Part shown: positions 28,979-40,722 of the stretch, in pieces
Layout of the letters: the number at the start of each line of letters is the position of its first letter
Numbering within the stretch: the first letter of the stretch is position 1
Source of the DNA: Flavobacteriaceae bacterium
Lineage (GTDB): Bacteria > Bacteroidota > Bacteroidia > Flavobacteriales > Weeksellaceae
DNA length: 64,000 nucleotides
Direction of reading: 5' to 3'
Assembly (NCBI GenBank): GCA_030529185.1
Contig: JAUMXI010000006.1
Span: 3,159 to 67,158, forward strand
Made by a program: the position numbers and the translations under genes
Notes under the pieces: generated by a model
What the model saw: only the letters and a program-made list of their open reading frames with translations
Told to the model about the DNA's origin: nothing
Database searches by the model: none

Positions 28979-30259
28979 ATGGCATACTTATTTACATCAG
29001 AGTCCGTATCAGAGGGACATCCAGACAAAATTGCGGACCAAATATCAGACGCACTGATTGACCATTTTTTAGCCTACGATAGAGAATCAAAAGTAGCTTG
29101 TGAAACTTTAGTGACTACAGGACAGGTAGTATTGGCAGGAGAGGTAAAATCAGAGGCTTATTTAGATGTGCAAACTATTGCAAGACAGGTCATCAACCAA
29201 ATCGGTTATACCAAAGGAGAGTATATGTTTAATGGAGATTCCTGCGGAGTGATTTCTGCCATTCACGAGCAATCGCCAGACATCAATCAAGGAGTGGATA
29301 GAATTACCGAAAGTGGTGATTTTGAAGCTAAAGCCAATGCACAAGGAGCGGGCGACCAAGGGATAATGTTCGGCTATGCAACCAACGAAACCGAAAATTA
29401 TATGCCTTTGGCATTGGACTTGGCACATTCTATTTTAAAGGAACTTTCGGCAATTAGAAGAGAAGCTCAAGAAATCACTTATTTAAGACCCGATGCCAAA
29501 GCCCAAGTAACCATTGAGTATTCCGATGAGCATAAGCCGATAAGAATAGATTCTATAGTAGTTTCTACGCAACACGATGAGTTTGATACAGAGGAAAATA
29601 TGTTGGCAAAAATCCGAAAAGATATTATTGAAATTCTTATCCCAAGGGTAAAATCTCAACAAAAGCCTGAAATTCAAGCCTTATTTAATGATGATATTAT
29701 TTTCCATATCAACCCGACTGGGAAATTCGTCATCGGTGGTCCTCACGGAGATACAGGACTCACGGGGCGAAAAATCATCGTAGATACTTACGGCGGAAAA
29801 GGAGCCCACGGAGGCGGTGCATTCTCTGGGAAAGACCCTTCCAAAGTGGATAGAAGTGCCGCCTATGCTATGCGACATATCGCCAAAAATTTAGTGGCAG
29901 CAGGAGTGGCTGATGAGGTTTTGGTTCAGGTATCTTATGCTATCGGCGTGGCAAAACCTTGTGGTTTGTATGTTAATACTTATGGGACTTCCAAGGTTAA
30001 TTTGAGCGATGGAGAAATTGCCAAAAAAGTTCAAGAATTATTTGATTTAAGACCTTATGCCATAGAAACTGCATTAAAACTGAGAAACCCTATTTACCAA
30101 GAAACCGCTGCTTATGGACATATGGGGAGAACGCCCTATGTAGCCGACAAAATTTTTAATAAAGGATTAAGCAACGAGAAAATCATCAAAGATTTGGAGT
30201 TTTTCACTTGGGAAAAATTAGATAAAGTGGAGGAAATCCGAAAGGCATTCAATATTTAA
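28979..30259 (+). CDS. metK: S-adenosylmethionine synthetase
   Basis: [17 protein letters not shown]… and a GGGAFSGKD-type motif. The ORF track starts 4 codons earlier at 28967. Confidence 0.9.
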   Translation: MAYLFTSESVSEGHPDKIADQISDALIDHFLAYDRESKVACETLVTTGQVVLAGEVKSEAYLDVQTIARQVINQIGYTKGEYMFNGDSCGVISAIHEQSPDINQGVDRITESGDFEAKANAQGAGDQGIMFGYATNETENYMPLALDLAHSILKELSAIRREAQEITYLRPDAKAQVTIEYSDEHKPIRIDSIVVSTQHDEFDTEENMLAKIRKDIIEILIPRVKSQQKPEIQALFNDDIIFHINPTGKFVIGGPHGDTGLTGRKIIVDTYGGKGAHGGGAFSGKDPSKVDRSAAYAMRHIAKNLVAAGVADEVLVQVSYAIGVAKPCGLYVNTYGTSKVNLSDGEIAKKVQELFDLRPYAIETALKLRNPIYQETAAYGHMGRTPYVADKIFNKGLSNEKIIKDLEFFTWEKLDKVEEIRKAFNI

Positions 30260-30266
30260 AAATTTT

Positions 30267-30293
30267 AGACCTAACTTTGCTTAGGTCTTTTTT
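30267..30293 (+). terminator. rho-independent terminator after metK
   Basis: AGACCTAA, loop ctttgc, TTAGGTCT, followed by TTTTTT. Confidence 0.6.
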
Positions 30294-30331
30294 ATTTCTT
30301 ACCTTTACGCTCATTATTAAAAATACAAAAA

Positions 30332-31525
30332 ATGCCAAAAATATCTCAAAGAGCGGAGAATATGCCCGCATCACCGATTAGAAAATTAGTCCCTTACGCC
30401 CTTACTGCCAAACAAAAAGGGAGAAAAGTCTATCACCTTAATATTGGTCAGCCCGATATAGAAACACCTGCTTCGGCATTGAAGGAGCTTAAAAATATTG
30501 AGCTTAAAGTTTTGGAATATTCTCTTTCTGAAGGAAGTACTGATTATAGAAAAGCATTGGTAAATTATTATCATTCTATTGGATTTACGGATTTGAACGA
30601 GAAAAATTTCATCGTGACCAATGGTGGTTCGGAAGCCCTAAATTTCGCTCTTTCTACACTTTGTGATGATGGCGATGAAATCATTATCCCAGAGCCTTAT
30701 TATGCGAATTACAACGGATTTTCCAATCATATTAATGTAAAAGTGGTTGCCGTTCCTTCTACCATTGAAACAGGCTTTGCCCTGCCAAGTATGGAGGAGT
30801 TTGAGAAAAAAATCACTCCCAAAACCAAAGCAATTTTGATTTGCAACCCAGGAAATCCTACGGGCTATCTTTACAATAAAGAAGAATTAAAAAAATTAGC
30901 CGAAATTGCTCTAAAACACGATATTGTAATTATTTCCGATGAAGTTTATCGCGAGTATGTTTATGATGGTGAAAAACAAACCTCTATGTTGGAATTTCCA
31001 GAAATTTCAGAAAATTGTATTATTATTGACTCAGAATCAAAGCGTTATTCAATGTGTGGGGTGAGAATTGGTTTTATGGTGACTCGTTCCGAAACATTAT
31101 ATAATGCCGCAATGAAATTCGCACAAGCAAGACTTAGCCCTGTTCTTTTAGGGCAAATTATCGCTACAAAAGCCCATCAAAACGATACAGAATACATCAA
31201 TAGCGTTCGCGAAGAATATACCAAAAGAAGAAATTTGTTGGTGGATTTGCTCAACGAAATCCCTGGGGTAATTTGTCCTAAACCTAAAGGTGCTTTCTAT
31301 TGCGTGGCAGAATTGCCAATTGATGATGCAGATAAATTTGCACAATGGCTTTTAGAAGAATACGAAAACAACAACGAAACCGTAATGGTAGCCCCAGCAG
31401 GTGGTTTCTACTCCAATCCTGAACTTGGGAAAAAGCAAGTGCGTATCGCCTATGTATTGAAAGAAGAAGATTTGAGAAGAAGCGTTGAACTCCTGAAAGA
31501 CGCATTGGAAAAATACAATAAATAA
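30332..31525 (+). CDS. class I/II PLP-dependent aminotransferase (AspB/AlaT-like)
   Basis: 397 aa with …NPGNPTGY… and …SKRYSMCGVRIG… (PLP-Lys region). Confidence 0.8.
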   Translation: MPKISQRAENMPASPIRKLVPYALTAKQKGRKVYHLNIGQPDIETPASALKELKNIELKVLEYSLSEGSTDYRKALVNYYHSIGFTDLNEKNFIVTNGGSEALNFALSTLCDDGDEIIIPEPYYANYNGFSNHINVKVVAVPSTIETGFALPSMEEFEKKITPKTKAILICNPGNPTGYLYNKEELKKLAEIALKHDIVIISDEVYREYVYDGEKQTSMLEFPEISENCIIIDSESKRYSMCGVRIGFMVTRSETLYNAAMKFAQARLSPVLLGQIIATKAHQNDTEYINSVREEYTKRRNLLVDLLNEIPGVICPKPKGAFYCVAELPIDDADKFAQWLLEEYENNNETVMVAPAGGFYSNPELGKKQVRIAYVLKEEDLRRSVELLKDALEKYNK

Positions 31526-32538
31526 TGAAAATTATTGAAAATCTGTCGCTAAAATCTTATCATACTTTTGGTGGAGAGGCTTCGGCAAAATATTTTGCTT
31601 CCCTCTCTACAGAAGAGGAACTGACTGAATTATTACAAACAGAATATGCAAAACTTCCTCTCCTTATTTTAGGGGGAGGGAGTAATGTTTTCTTTACCCA
31701 AGATTTTAAAGGGTTAGTTATCCAATTGAATTTGAAGGGAATACAAGAAGAAACCCTCAACGAAGAAGAAGTTTTGGTATCGGCGAAAGCAGGAGAAAAT
31801 TGGCACGAATTTGTTCAATTTACCTTAAATCAAAACTACGGTGGTCTTGAAAACCTTTCGCTTATCCCTGGAAATGTGGGGGCTTCGCCAGTGCAAAATA
31901 TTGGTGCTTACGGCGTCGAAATCAAAGATGTATTTCATTCCTGCAAAGTTGTTGATTTAAAAGACAATAGCGTTAAATTATTCAAAAAAGAAGAGTGTCA
32001 ATTTGGGTATAGAGATTCCATTTTTAAACAAAAAAAAGGTCAATTTATCATTTTAGAAGTGAGTTTTAAACTGACTAAAAAAAATCACAAAATAAAAACG
32101 GAATACGGAGCGATAAAATCGGAACTTCAAAAAATGAATATTGAAAACCCTACTATTCAAGAGGTTTCCCAAGCCGTGATAAACATCCGACAAGCCAAAT
32201 TACCAGACCCAAAAGAAATAGGAAATGGCGGAAGTTTCTTTAAAAATCCTACTGTTCTTGTATCAGAATATGAAAATTTGAAACAAAAATTCCCTGAAAT
32301 CCCAAGCTATAAAACCGAAAAAGGAATGAAAATTCCTGCGGCGTGGCTGATAGAAAGTTGCGACTGGAAAGGGAAACAAATAGGCAATGTTGCAACGCAT
32401 CACCTTCAAGCATTGGTGATTATTAATGCTACGGGTAAGGCTCACGGAAAAGAAATTTGGGAATTTTCAGAGCAAATCATTCAATCCGTAAAGGAAAAAT
32501 TCGGAATTGTTTTGGAAAGAGAAATTAATGTTTTTTAA
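31525..32538 (+). CDS. murB: UDP-N-acetylmuramate dehydrogenase
   Basis: 337 aa with FAD-binding …LILGGGSNVFF… and a C-terminal MurB domain. Confidence 0.85.
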   Translation: MKIIENLSLKSYHTFGGEASAKYFASLSTEEELTELLQTEYAKLPLLILGGGSNVFFTQDFKGLVIQLNLKGIQEETLNEEEVLVSAKAGENWHEFVQFTLNQNYGGLENLSLIPGNVGASPVQNIGAYGVEIKDVFHSCKVVDLKDNSVKLFKKEECQFGYRDSIFKQKKGQFIILEVSFKLTKKNHKIKTEYGAIKSELQKMNIENPTIQEVSQAVINIRQAKLPDPKEIGNGGSFFKNPTVLVSEYENLKQKFPEIPSYKTEKGMKIPAAWLIESCDWKGKQIGNVATHHLQALVIINATGKAHGKEIWEFSEQIIQSVKEKFGIVLEREINVF

Positions 32539-32546
32539 ACGGAATT

Positions 32547-33071
32547 TTAAAATAATTTATTAATAGGAATTTCGCAAAAGTCTTTCCTTTGGCAATGATT
32601 GCAATATTTTCCCATCCACACTTCATCAAATTGATGAACGGCTGGGGAAACGATTTCTTCATCATCTGTTAAAATTCCTGCTTCAAAATTCCTTTTGTTT
32701 TCGGACTTCATTCCCAATCCAGCCCCCGTTAGATTTGCAGAACCTATATAAACTTCTTTCCAATCAAAAACAAAAATTTTGAAATGAACTCTCAGGCAAA
32801 TGGCTTTTTCTAAATACTTAACGAGATAAGGGTATTTATCAAAATCATTTTTAAAATTTTGACCAGGCTGTTTAGCAAACAACAAACGGACTTCTATATT
32901 ATTCCGAATCAGTTGAGACAGCCCAGCCAAATAAGGTTGAGTATCACGAATCCCAGATTTAATATGCAAATCCTTAATATCGGCTGTTCCTATCCAAAGA
33001 GACTTTTTTACTTTTAAAGATTTCTCTAAAACCTCTGCATAATGCTCGGAATTAGCAATATATTTTAGCAT
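32547..33071 (-). CDS. phospholipase D-family (single HKD motif) protein, Nuc-like, with a C-terminal Cys/His cluster
   Basis: 174 aa. HFKIFVFD…GSANLTGAG is an HxK(x4)D…GSxN motif, and the C-terminus carries …CNHCQRKDFC. Confidence 0.6.
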   Translation of the reverse strand: MLKYIANSEHYAEVLEKSLKVKKSLWIGTADIKDLHIKSGIRDTQPYLAGLSQLIRNNIEVRLLFAKQPGQNFKNDFDKYPYLVKYLEKAICLRVHFKIFVFDWKEVYIGSANLTGAGLGMKSENKRNFEAGILTDDEEIVSPAVHQFDEVWMGKYCNHCQRKDFCEIPINKLF

Positions 33072-33088
33072 TTATCCTTTTATTTTTG

Positions 33089-33592
33089 CTACTCATCATA
33101 AAAATTAGGATATTCGGATTTCATATCATCTACCGTTCCTAAAACTTTTTCCGTTAAAGATTTTTGGTATTTTTCTAGTTTTTGATGAACGATTTCATCA
33201 GAAGTTGCCAAAATTTTCGTTGCTAAAATCCCTGCATTCATCGCACCATTTAGAGCCACCGTAGCCACAGGAATCCCCGAAGGCATCTGTAAAATAGACA
33301 AAATGCTATCCCAACCATCAATGGAATTGGAAGACAAAATCGGCACTCCTATCACGGGTAAAGTGGTGCAACTCGCTACCATTCCTGGCAAATGAGCTGC
33401 CCCCCCAGCCCCTGCAATAATCACTTTTACGCCTCTTTCTTTCGCGGTTTTGGCGTAATCCAACATTCTCTCTGGCGTTCTGTGAGCAGAAACCACCGTC
33501 ACTTCATAAGGAATAGACAAAGACTGCAAGAAATCTACCGCTTGTTGCATAACGGGAAGGTCGCTTCTACTCCCCATAATCACTCCTATCAT
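33089..33592 (-). CDS. purE: 5-(carboxyamino)imidazole ribonucleotide mutase
   Basis: 167 aa with …GVIMGSRSDL… and …IIAGAGGAAHLPGM…. Confidence 0.9.
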   Translation of the reverse strand: MIGVIMGSRSDLPVMQQAVDFLQSLSIPYEVTVVSAHRTPERMLDYAKTAKERGVKVIIAGAGGAAHLPGMVASCTTLPVIGVPILSSNSIDGWDSILSILQMPSGIPVATVALNGAMNAGILATKILATSDEIVHQKLEKYQKSLTEKVLGTVDDMKSEYPNFYDE

Positions 33593-33617
33593 TTTTTACT
33601 CTGATTTTTTTAAATTT

Positions 33618-34589
33618 TTGATTAATTTTGTGGAAAATTTCAACTTCAAAGATAAACAAAAAAATATTATTTCAATTGCGATAATGAAAAATCTACCCCT
33701 TACGCTGTCGGTATTGGCAGTGGCTATTATTTACGGAACTTCATTTTTAGGAATCAGATTGGCAGTAGAAACCATACCACCGCTTTATGTAACTGGAATT
33801 AGGCATTGTTTGGCAGCTATTATTTTATTCATCTACTTATTTTTCGCAAAACAACTCCAATGGATAGGTTGGAAAAATCTTAAAATTCAGCTTATTCTCT
33901 CTACTTTTATTTTGATTATGACCAATGGGCTCACAACCATCGCTCAAGAGCATATCACGAGTAGCTTGGCATCTCTCATTAGTGCCTGCACGCCTATTTT
34001 GGTTTTTATAGGAAGTGTCGCCTTAAAAATGCAATCCTTTACCTTAAAATCTCTTATCGGAGTGCTGTTGGGCTTCGCTGGAATCGTATTTATTTTTTGG
34101 GACGGACTGGCAGACCTTACCAACCCTGAATATAGAAAAGGGATGTTTTATCTCTTCTTGGCAATTTCAGGGAGTGCTTCTGGGGCATTATTTATCAAAT
34201 TAACCAACTACAAAAACAATAATATTCCCCTTAATTTGTGCTATCAATTTGCGTTTGCGGGAGTTGTTCAAATCATTACGGCAATACTTACCAATACAGC
34301 ATTTGAACCACAGAAATGGAGCAATCAAAGTGTTATTTCTATGCTTGCCCTTACCATTTTTGCGTCTATCACTGCTTATTTGGCTTATACTTATGCACTT
34401 ACCCAAATCTCTGCCGTAAAGGTTTCGCTTATTTCTTATGTGAATACGATTATTGCGATTTTCTTGGGTTGGCTTATCGCTGATGAGCCTGTCAATGCCA
34501 ATTTTATTATTTCAACGATAATGATTATCCTCGGTATTTTCATTACCAATTACAAACCAGAGATGTTTAAAAGAAATTCTGTTAGATAA
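33618..34589 (+). CDS. DMT-superfamily (EamA-like) transporter
   Basis: About 10 TM with an EamA duplication pattern. The true start may be the internal Met at 33684. Confidence 0.65.
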   Translation: MINFVENFNFKDKQKNIISIAIMKNLPLTLSVLAVAIIYGTSFLGIRLAVETIPPLYVTGIRHCLAAIILFIYLFFAKQLQWIGWKNLKIQLILSTFILIMTNGLTTIAQEHITSSLASLISACTPILVFIGSVALKMQSFTLKSLIGVLLGFAGIVFIFWDGLADLTNPEYRKGMFYLFLAISGSASGALFIKLTNYKNNNIPLNLCYQFAFAGVVQIITAILTNTAFEPQKWSNQSVISMLALTIFASITAYLAYTYALTQISAVKVSLISYVNTIIAIFLGWLIADEPVNANFIISTIMIILGIFITNYKPEMFKRNSVR

Positions 34590-34696
34590 AGTTAAAAGGA
34601 TTAAAAAATTCAGACAGCTATATTATCAAATATTTACACATTCTTAGTTTTCAACTAAACAATACCAAAATTTTTAACCTTTCAACTTTATATTTT

Positions 34697-35818
34697 TTAT
34701 TCTGAAATGACTTTTACCATTCCTTTAATCTTTATGAGTTTCTCAACTAAGGCTTCTCTGCTTTCGGCGAGGACATTGATATGCCCCATTTTTCGCCCTG
34801 GTTTGGTTTCTGTTTTACCATAAAGATGAACATAGATTTGAGGCAATTTTAAAACCTCCTCCAAGCCCTCGTATTTTACTTTTCCTGAAAAGCCTTCTTC
34901 CCCCACGAGATTGAGCATTCCAGAAAATCTGCAATAATCCGTATCCGCCAAAGGCAAATTTTTCACCACGCGATAAAACTGCTCAAATTGGGAATTTGCA
35001 TTTCCTTCTTGGCTTTGATGTCCCGAATTGTGCAATCTCGGTGCTGTTTCATTTACCCAAACTTTTCCCAATTTATCCAAAAATAATTCTATGGCAAAAA
35101 GCCCAGAAGAATGAGCCGAAGAAATGAATTTTTTCACAATTTCATCTATCTGATTTTGGATATCTTCATTGATATTCGCAGGACAAATATTAAAATCCAA
35201 AAGGTTGAGTTTTGGGTCGGCAAGCATTTCCGTTACGGGGAAAGTTTTCACCTCTCCGAGTTCGTTTTTCGCAACAATCACCGACAGTTCTTTATCAATA
35301 TCCACCAACGCCTCCAAAACAGAAGGTGCGTCCCAAAGTTTTGCCAAATCTGCTTCGGTTTTGATTACCTGAACGCCCTTTCCATCGTAGCCTCCAGTAT
35401 TGAGTTTTTGAACGAAAGGCAAAGGAAAGTCTGCCTCCGATTTATTTTGAATGACTTGAAATTTTGGACTTGGAATATCATTTTGAACATAAAATTCTTT
35501 CTGTAAAATCTTCTGCTGAATAATTTTAATAATGCTTGGTTTTGGGACAATTTTCACGCCCTGTTGCTCCAAATCCTCCAAAGCTCGGACACTAATATGC
35601 TCAATCTCTATCGTGAGAACATCTTTATCCTTCCCGAAATTCATCACCGCTTCATAATCATTGAAATCGCCCTGTGTAAAGCGTGATATATAAGCACAAG
35701 GGCAGTCTTTATTTGGGTCTAAAACATAAAATTCATCATCATATTTTAAGGCTTCTTGTATGAACATTCGCCCCAGTTGCCCGCCTCCGAGTATTCCTAT
35801 TTTCATTGTTTTTATCAT
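34697..35818 (-). CDS. purK: N5-carboxyaminoimidazole ribonucleotide synthase
   Basis: 373 aa with N-terminal MKIGILGGGQLG and an ATP-grasp fold. Confidence 0.9.
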   Translation of the reverse strand: MIKTMKIGILGGGQLGRMFIQEALKYDDEFYVLDPNKDCPCAYISRFTQGDFNDYEAVMNFGKDKDVLTIEIEHISVRALEDLEQQGVKIVPKPSIIKIIQQKILQKEFYVQNDIPSPKFQVIQNKSEADFPLPFVQKLNTGGYDGKGVQVIKTEADLAKLWDAPSVLEALVDIDKELSVIVAKNELGEVKTFPVTEMLADPKLNLLDFNICPANINEDIQNQIDEIVKKFISSAHSSGLFAIELFLDKLGKVWVNETAPRLHNSGHQSQEGNANSQFEQFYRVVKNLPLADTDYCRFSGMLNLVGEEGFSGKVKYEGLEEVLKLPQIYVHLYGKTETKPGRKMGHINVLAESREALVEKLIKIKGMVKVISE

Positions 35819-36038
35819 TTTTATTCTACGCCAAAGATAGGGAATTTTGCTATGTAATTACACACTATCTTTCACTAAAAAATTAGGAATTATATTTTAG
35901 CACCAACAATTAATCTTTTTCTCAAATTTTTGATAAATTATAATATTAGCCATAACATTTTAACGCTGTATATAACTTAATCACAAAATAAAAGCAACCC
36001 AAATTTGGATTGCTTTTGTTATTGATTCTTTAATAACC

Positions 36039-38735
36039 TTATCTCCCTTGAATTTTAGAAGAAAACTCTTTCCAGCCATTAGCTGTCTTATATGTTGCTA
36101 CACTACTTGTAGGCACGGATATACTTTGAACATTAGAAGAAGCATGATAAAACGCACGGCTTCCTAATGTAGGTGGTATATTGGCCGATATACTTATGCT
36201 ATTAATAGGATTTCGCCCAAAGCCCCAGTTACCAATTTGCGTCAGTCCGCTACCGAGTATTATAGTAGTGATTTTATTATCTAAAAAGGCATTATTTTCT
36301 ATGGTTTTCACTGCATCTGGGATATTTACTTCTGTTAATTGATTATTTCTAAAAGCATCAAGACCAATCTGCATCAGTCCGCTACCAAGCCTTAAAGCAG
36401 TAATTTTATTATCTAAAAAGGCTCCCTTCTCAATGCTCTTCACTGCATCCGGGATATTTACTTCCGTTAATTGATTGTTTCTAAAAGCATCAACACCAAT
36501 CTGCGTCAGTCCGCTACCAAGCCTTAAAGTGGTGATTTTATTATTTAAAAATACTCCTTGCCCAATACTCTTCACTGCATCTGGAATGCTTACTTCCGTT
36601 AATTGATTATTTCTAAAAGCATCTTTACCAATCTGTTGAAGAGCATTTCCAAGAGTTAGGGTTCTAATTCTATTATTAGAAAAAGCATTCTGCTCGATGC
36701 TCTTCACTGCATTTGGAATATTCACCTCGGTTATTTGATTGTCTTTGAAGGCATCATTGCCAATCTGTTGCAAGGCATTCCCAAGACTTAAATTAGTAAT
36801 TTTATTATTATAAAAGGCATTTTGTTCTATAATCTGTACCGCATTTGGAATGTTCAACTCGGTCAATAGATTATCTCTAAATGCATTTCTTTTAATTTCC
36901 TGAACCTTGCTTCCGAGCGTTAGGACTCTTATTTGATTTTCAGAAAACGAAGATATCCCAATTCTCGTCACATTATTTGGGATAACCACCTCAGTCAAGC
37001 GATTGTCTCTAAAGGCAAAATCTCCAATTTCTTGCAAAGCACCTCCTAGCCTCAAGGTCGTTATTTTATTTTCTAAAAACGCAGCTTCGCCGATGCTCAC
37101 CACAGTATCTGGAATATTTATCGTTGTAAGTTTATTTTTCATAAAAGCAAAATTTCCAATTTGTTGAACTTTGCTTCCAAGAGTTAAAGTTGTCAGTTGA
37201 TTTTCTAAAAATGCAGATACGCCAATTATCGTTACATTATTTGGAATAACAACAGAGGTTATTTTATTTCCTCTAAATGCATCATTACCGATTTGTTGCA
37301 AACCACTTCCGAGCGTCAAGACCGTTATTTGATTGTCAGAAAAGGCAGATACTCCAATGTTTATCATAGCATCAGGAATAACGACAGAGGTTATTTTATT
37401 TCCCCTAAATGCATTATTTTCAATTTGCTGAACTTTTCTACCGAGCGTCAAAGCTGTTATTTGATTATCAAAAAATGCAGACACTCCAATTCTCGTCACA
37501 TTATCTGGGATAACGACGGAGGTTATTTTATTTCCTCTAAATGCATTATTTTCAATTTGCTGAACTTTTCTACCGAGCGTCAAAGTCGTTATTTGATTGT
37601 CAGAAAAGGCAGATGATCCAATTCTCGTCGCATTATCGGGGATAACGACAGAGGTTATTCTATTTCCACTAAACGCAAAATCTCCAATTTCTTGAACTTT
37701 ATTTCCGAGCGTCAAAGTCGTTATTTGATTGTCAAAAAATGCAGACACTCCGATTTTGGTCACATTATTTGGGACAACTACTTTGGTGAGGCGATTGTCT
37801 CTAAACGCAAAATCTCCAATTTCTTGCAAACCACTTCCTAGCGTCAAAGCTGTTATTTGATTTTCAGAAAACGCAGTTCCACCAATTCTCGTCACATTAT
37901 CTGGAATAACTACGGAGGTTATTTTATTTCCTCTAAACGCAAAATCTCCAATTTCTTGCAAAGCACTTCCTAAGGCGACACTTGTTAATTGACTTCTTGA
38001 AAAGGCACTATTCCCGATGCTTACCACGCTATTAGGAATGGATATTTCGGTTAGTCCCGTTCCATAAAGAGCTGCTGGTTCAATTCTTTTTAATCCATCT
38101 GGTAAGATTATTTTCGTTAAACTCTTTTTATTTTTAAACGCATTTTCACCAATAGTTTCCACTTTACTTAATATTTTATCTGTCTGCATATTAACTTCGG
38201 TAGTTTCAGCATTTTTCCATAGAATAAGTTTTCTTTTGTCTTCGCTAAGCGTATAATCATTACTTACCACTACCTCTTCTTCGTCATCCTTTTTAAGCTG
38301 GGTAAATTTCGCCCAACCTTCACTTGTTTTAGGACCATAGACCACCCTATTTTGAATATCTACATAAAAATCTCCTTCCTTACCTAAATTTGCATCAGGA
38401 GGAGTTGTTCCGTGCAATAATTCATTTTCTTTTTTCACATCAAGAAAAATAGGTTCTCCCCAGCCTTCACTCGTTTTAGGTCCATAAAGTTTGCGAGATG
38501 CTGTATCCCAATAATAATCATTCAGATTCCCTAAATCTACTTTTGGAGTTTCTGTTCCTTTATGCAGACTTGGCTCCTCTTTTTTACCATCTTCTTTTTT
38601 GTCTTCTTCCTTCTTTTTATCCTCCCCTTGATGTGAGTTTGGAGTTTCCTTTCCGGAAGGAGCTTCATCTCTTCCACAATGAGCTAAAGACACTGCCAAC
38701 AATAGCAAGATTACATAATTTAAAATATTTCTCAT
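36039..38735 (-). CDS. BspA-type leucine-rich-repeat surface lipoprotein
   Basis: 898 aa. Lipobox …LAVSLAHCGRDE, a Pro/Lys/Glu-rich linker, and two YGPKTSEGW repeats. There are roughly 28 LRR units of 22-23 aa (…ITSVVIPDNVTRIGxSAFxxNQITxLTLGxxLQxIGxxAF…). Confidence 0.8.
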   Translation of the reverse strand: MRNILNYVILLLLAVSLAHCGRDEAPSGKETPNSHQGEDKKKEEDKKEDGKKEEPSLHKGTETPKVDLGNLNDYYWDTASRKLYGPKTSEGWGEPIFLDVKKENELLHGTTPPDANLGKEGDFYVDIQNRVVYGPKTSEGWAKFTQLKKDDEEEVVVSNDYTLSEDKRKLILWKNAETTEVNMQTDKILSKVETIGENAFKNKKSLTKIILPDGLKRIEPAALYGTGLTEISIPNSVVSIGNSAFSRSQLTSVALGSALQEIGDFAFRGNKITSVVIPDNVTRIGGTAFSENQITALTLGSGLQEIGDFAFRDNRLTKVVVPNNVTKIGVSAFFDNQITTLTLGNKVQEIGDFAFSGNRITSVVIPDNATRIGSSAFSDNQITTLTLGRKVQQIENNAFRGNKITSVVIPDNVTRIGVSAFFDNQITALTLGRKVQQIENNAFRGNKITSVVIPDAMINIGVSAFSDNQITVLTLGSGLQQIGNDAFRGNKITSVVIPNNVTIIGVSAFLENQLTTLTLGSKVQQIGNFAFMKNKLTTINIPDTVVSIGEAAFLENKITTLRLGGALQEIGDFAFRDNRLTEVVIPNNVTRIGISSFSENQIRVLTLGSKVQEIKRNAFRDNLLTELNIPNAVQIIEQNAFYNNKITNLSLGNALQQIGNDAFKDNQITEVNIPNAVKSIEQNAFSNNRIRTLTLGNALQQIGKDAFRNNQLTEVSIPDAVKSIGQGVFLNNKITTLRLGSGLTQIGVDAFRNNQLTEVNIPDAVKSIEKGAFLDNKITALRLGSGLMQIGLDAFRNNQLTEVNIPDAVKTIENNAFLDNKITTIILGSGLTQIGNWGFGRNPINSISISANIPPTLGSRAFYHASSNVQSISVPTSSVATYKTANGWKEFSSKIQGR
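36250..38230. repeat. tandem near-identical coding repeats (period about 132-138 nt, i.e. 2 LRR units) inside the LRR gene
   Basis: For example, 37389-37466 and 37521-37598 are near-identical and offset by exactly 132 nt. Frame-shifted ORF 37293..37616 also shows a repeating peptide, reflecting the same DNA periodicity. Confidence 0.85.
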
Positions 38736-38970
38736 TTTTATAAAAATTTAAGTTTTACTCAAAAAAAATCAAACCTCTAATGAAATCAGCCTTTTAAAAT
38801 AACAAAACAATTGAAGAGTTTTGAAGTAAATCTACCTTAAAAATTTAAACACTACTATCATAGTTTATGGCTCTTTTACTGACAAAAATAAGCAAATTTT
38901 AAGCTTTAGACAAACGAAAAAACAAAAAATCTTTTCAACGAAATAGGAATTTTTAAAGATAATGTTTTAA

Positions 38971-40605
<1,635 letters not shown>

Positions 40606-40722
40606 TTCACCTCAAAGAAACCACATTGGAAATGCTTAAATTTAAAGTTTTCGTGTGGTTTCATTTTTATTTTTTTACTTATATTTGTCGCTTTATTAAC
40701 ATTTTCATTAATTATTAAAAAA

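Noticed and set aside
33400-33406. C7 run inside purE (also C7 at 24256-24262 inside miaA)
   Set aside because: Both are in-frame within essential, well-conserved genes (Gly codons) and are short, so they are more likely codon-driven than regulatory. They are much less striking than the intergenic G10.
37293-37616. 107-aa plus-strand ORF with an internally repeated peptide (…ISSKCIIFNLLNFSTERQS…)
   Set aside because: This is an artefact of the tandem DNA repeats in the LRR gene read in the opposite strand and frame, not an independent gene.
36250-38230. Highly periodic DNA repeats that might suggest a CRISPR array or satellite
   Set aside because: The repeats are in-frame coding LRR units of one long ORF. 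There are no unique spacers, no leader, and no cas genes.
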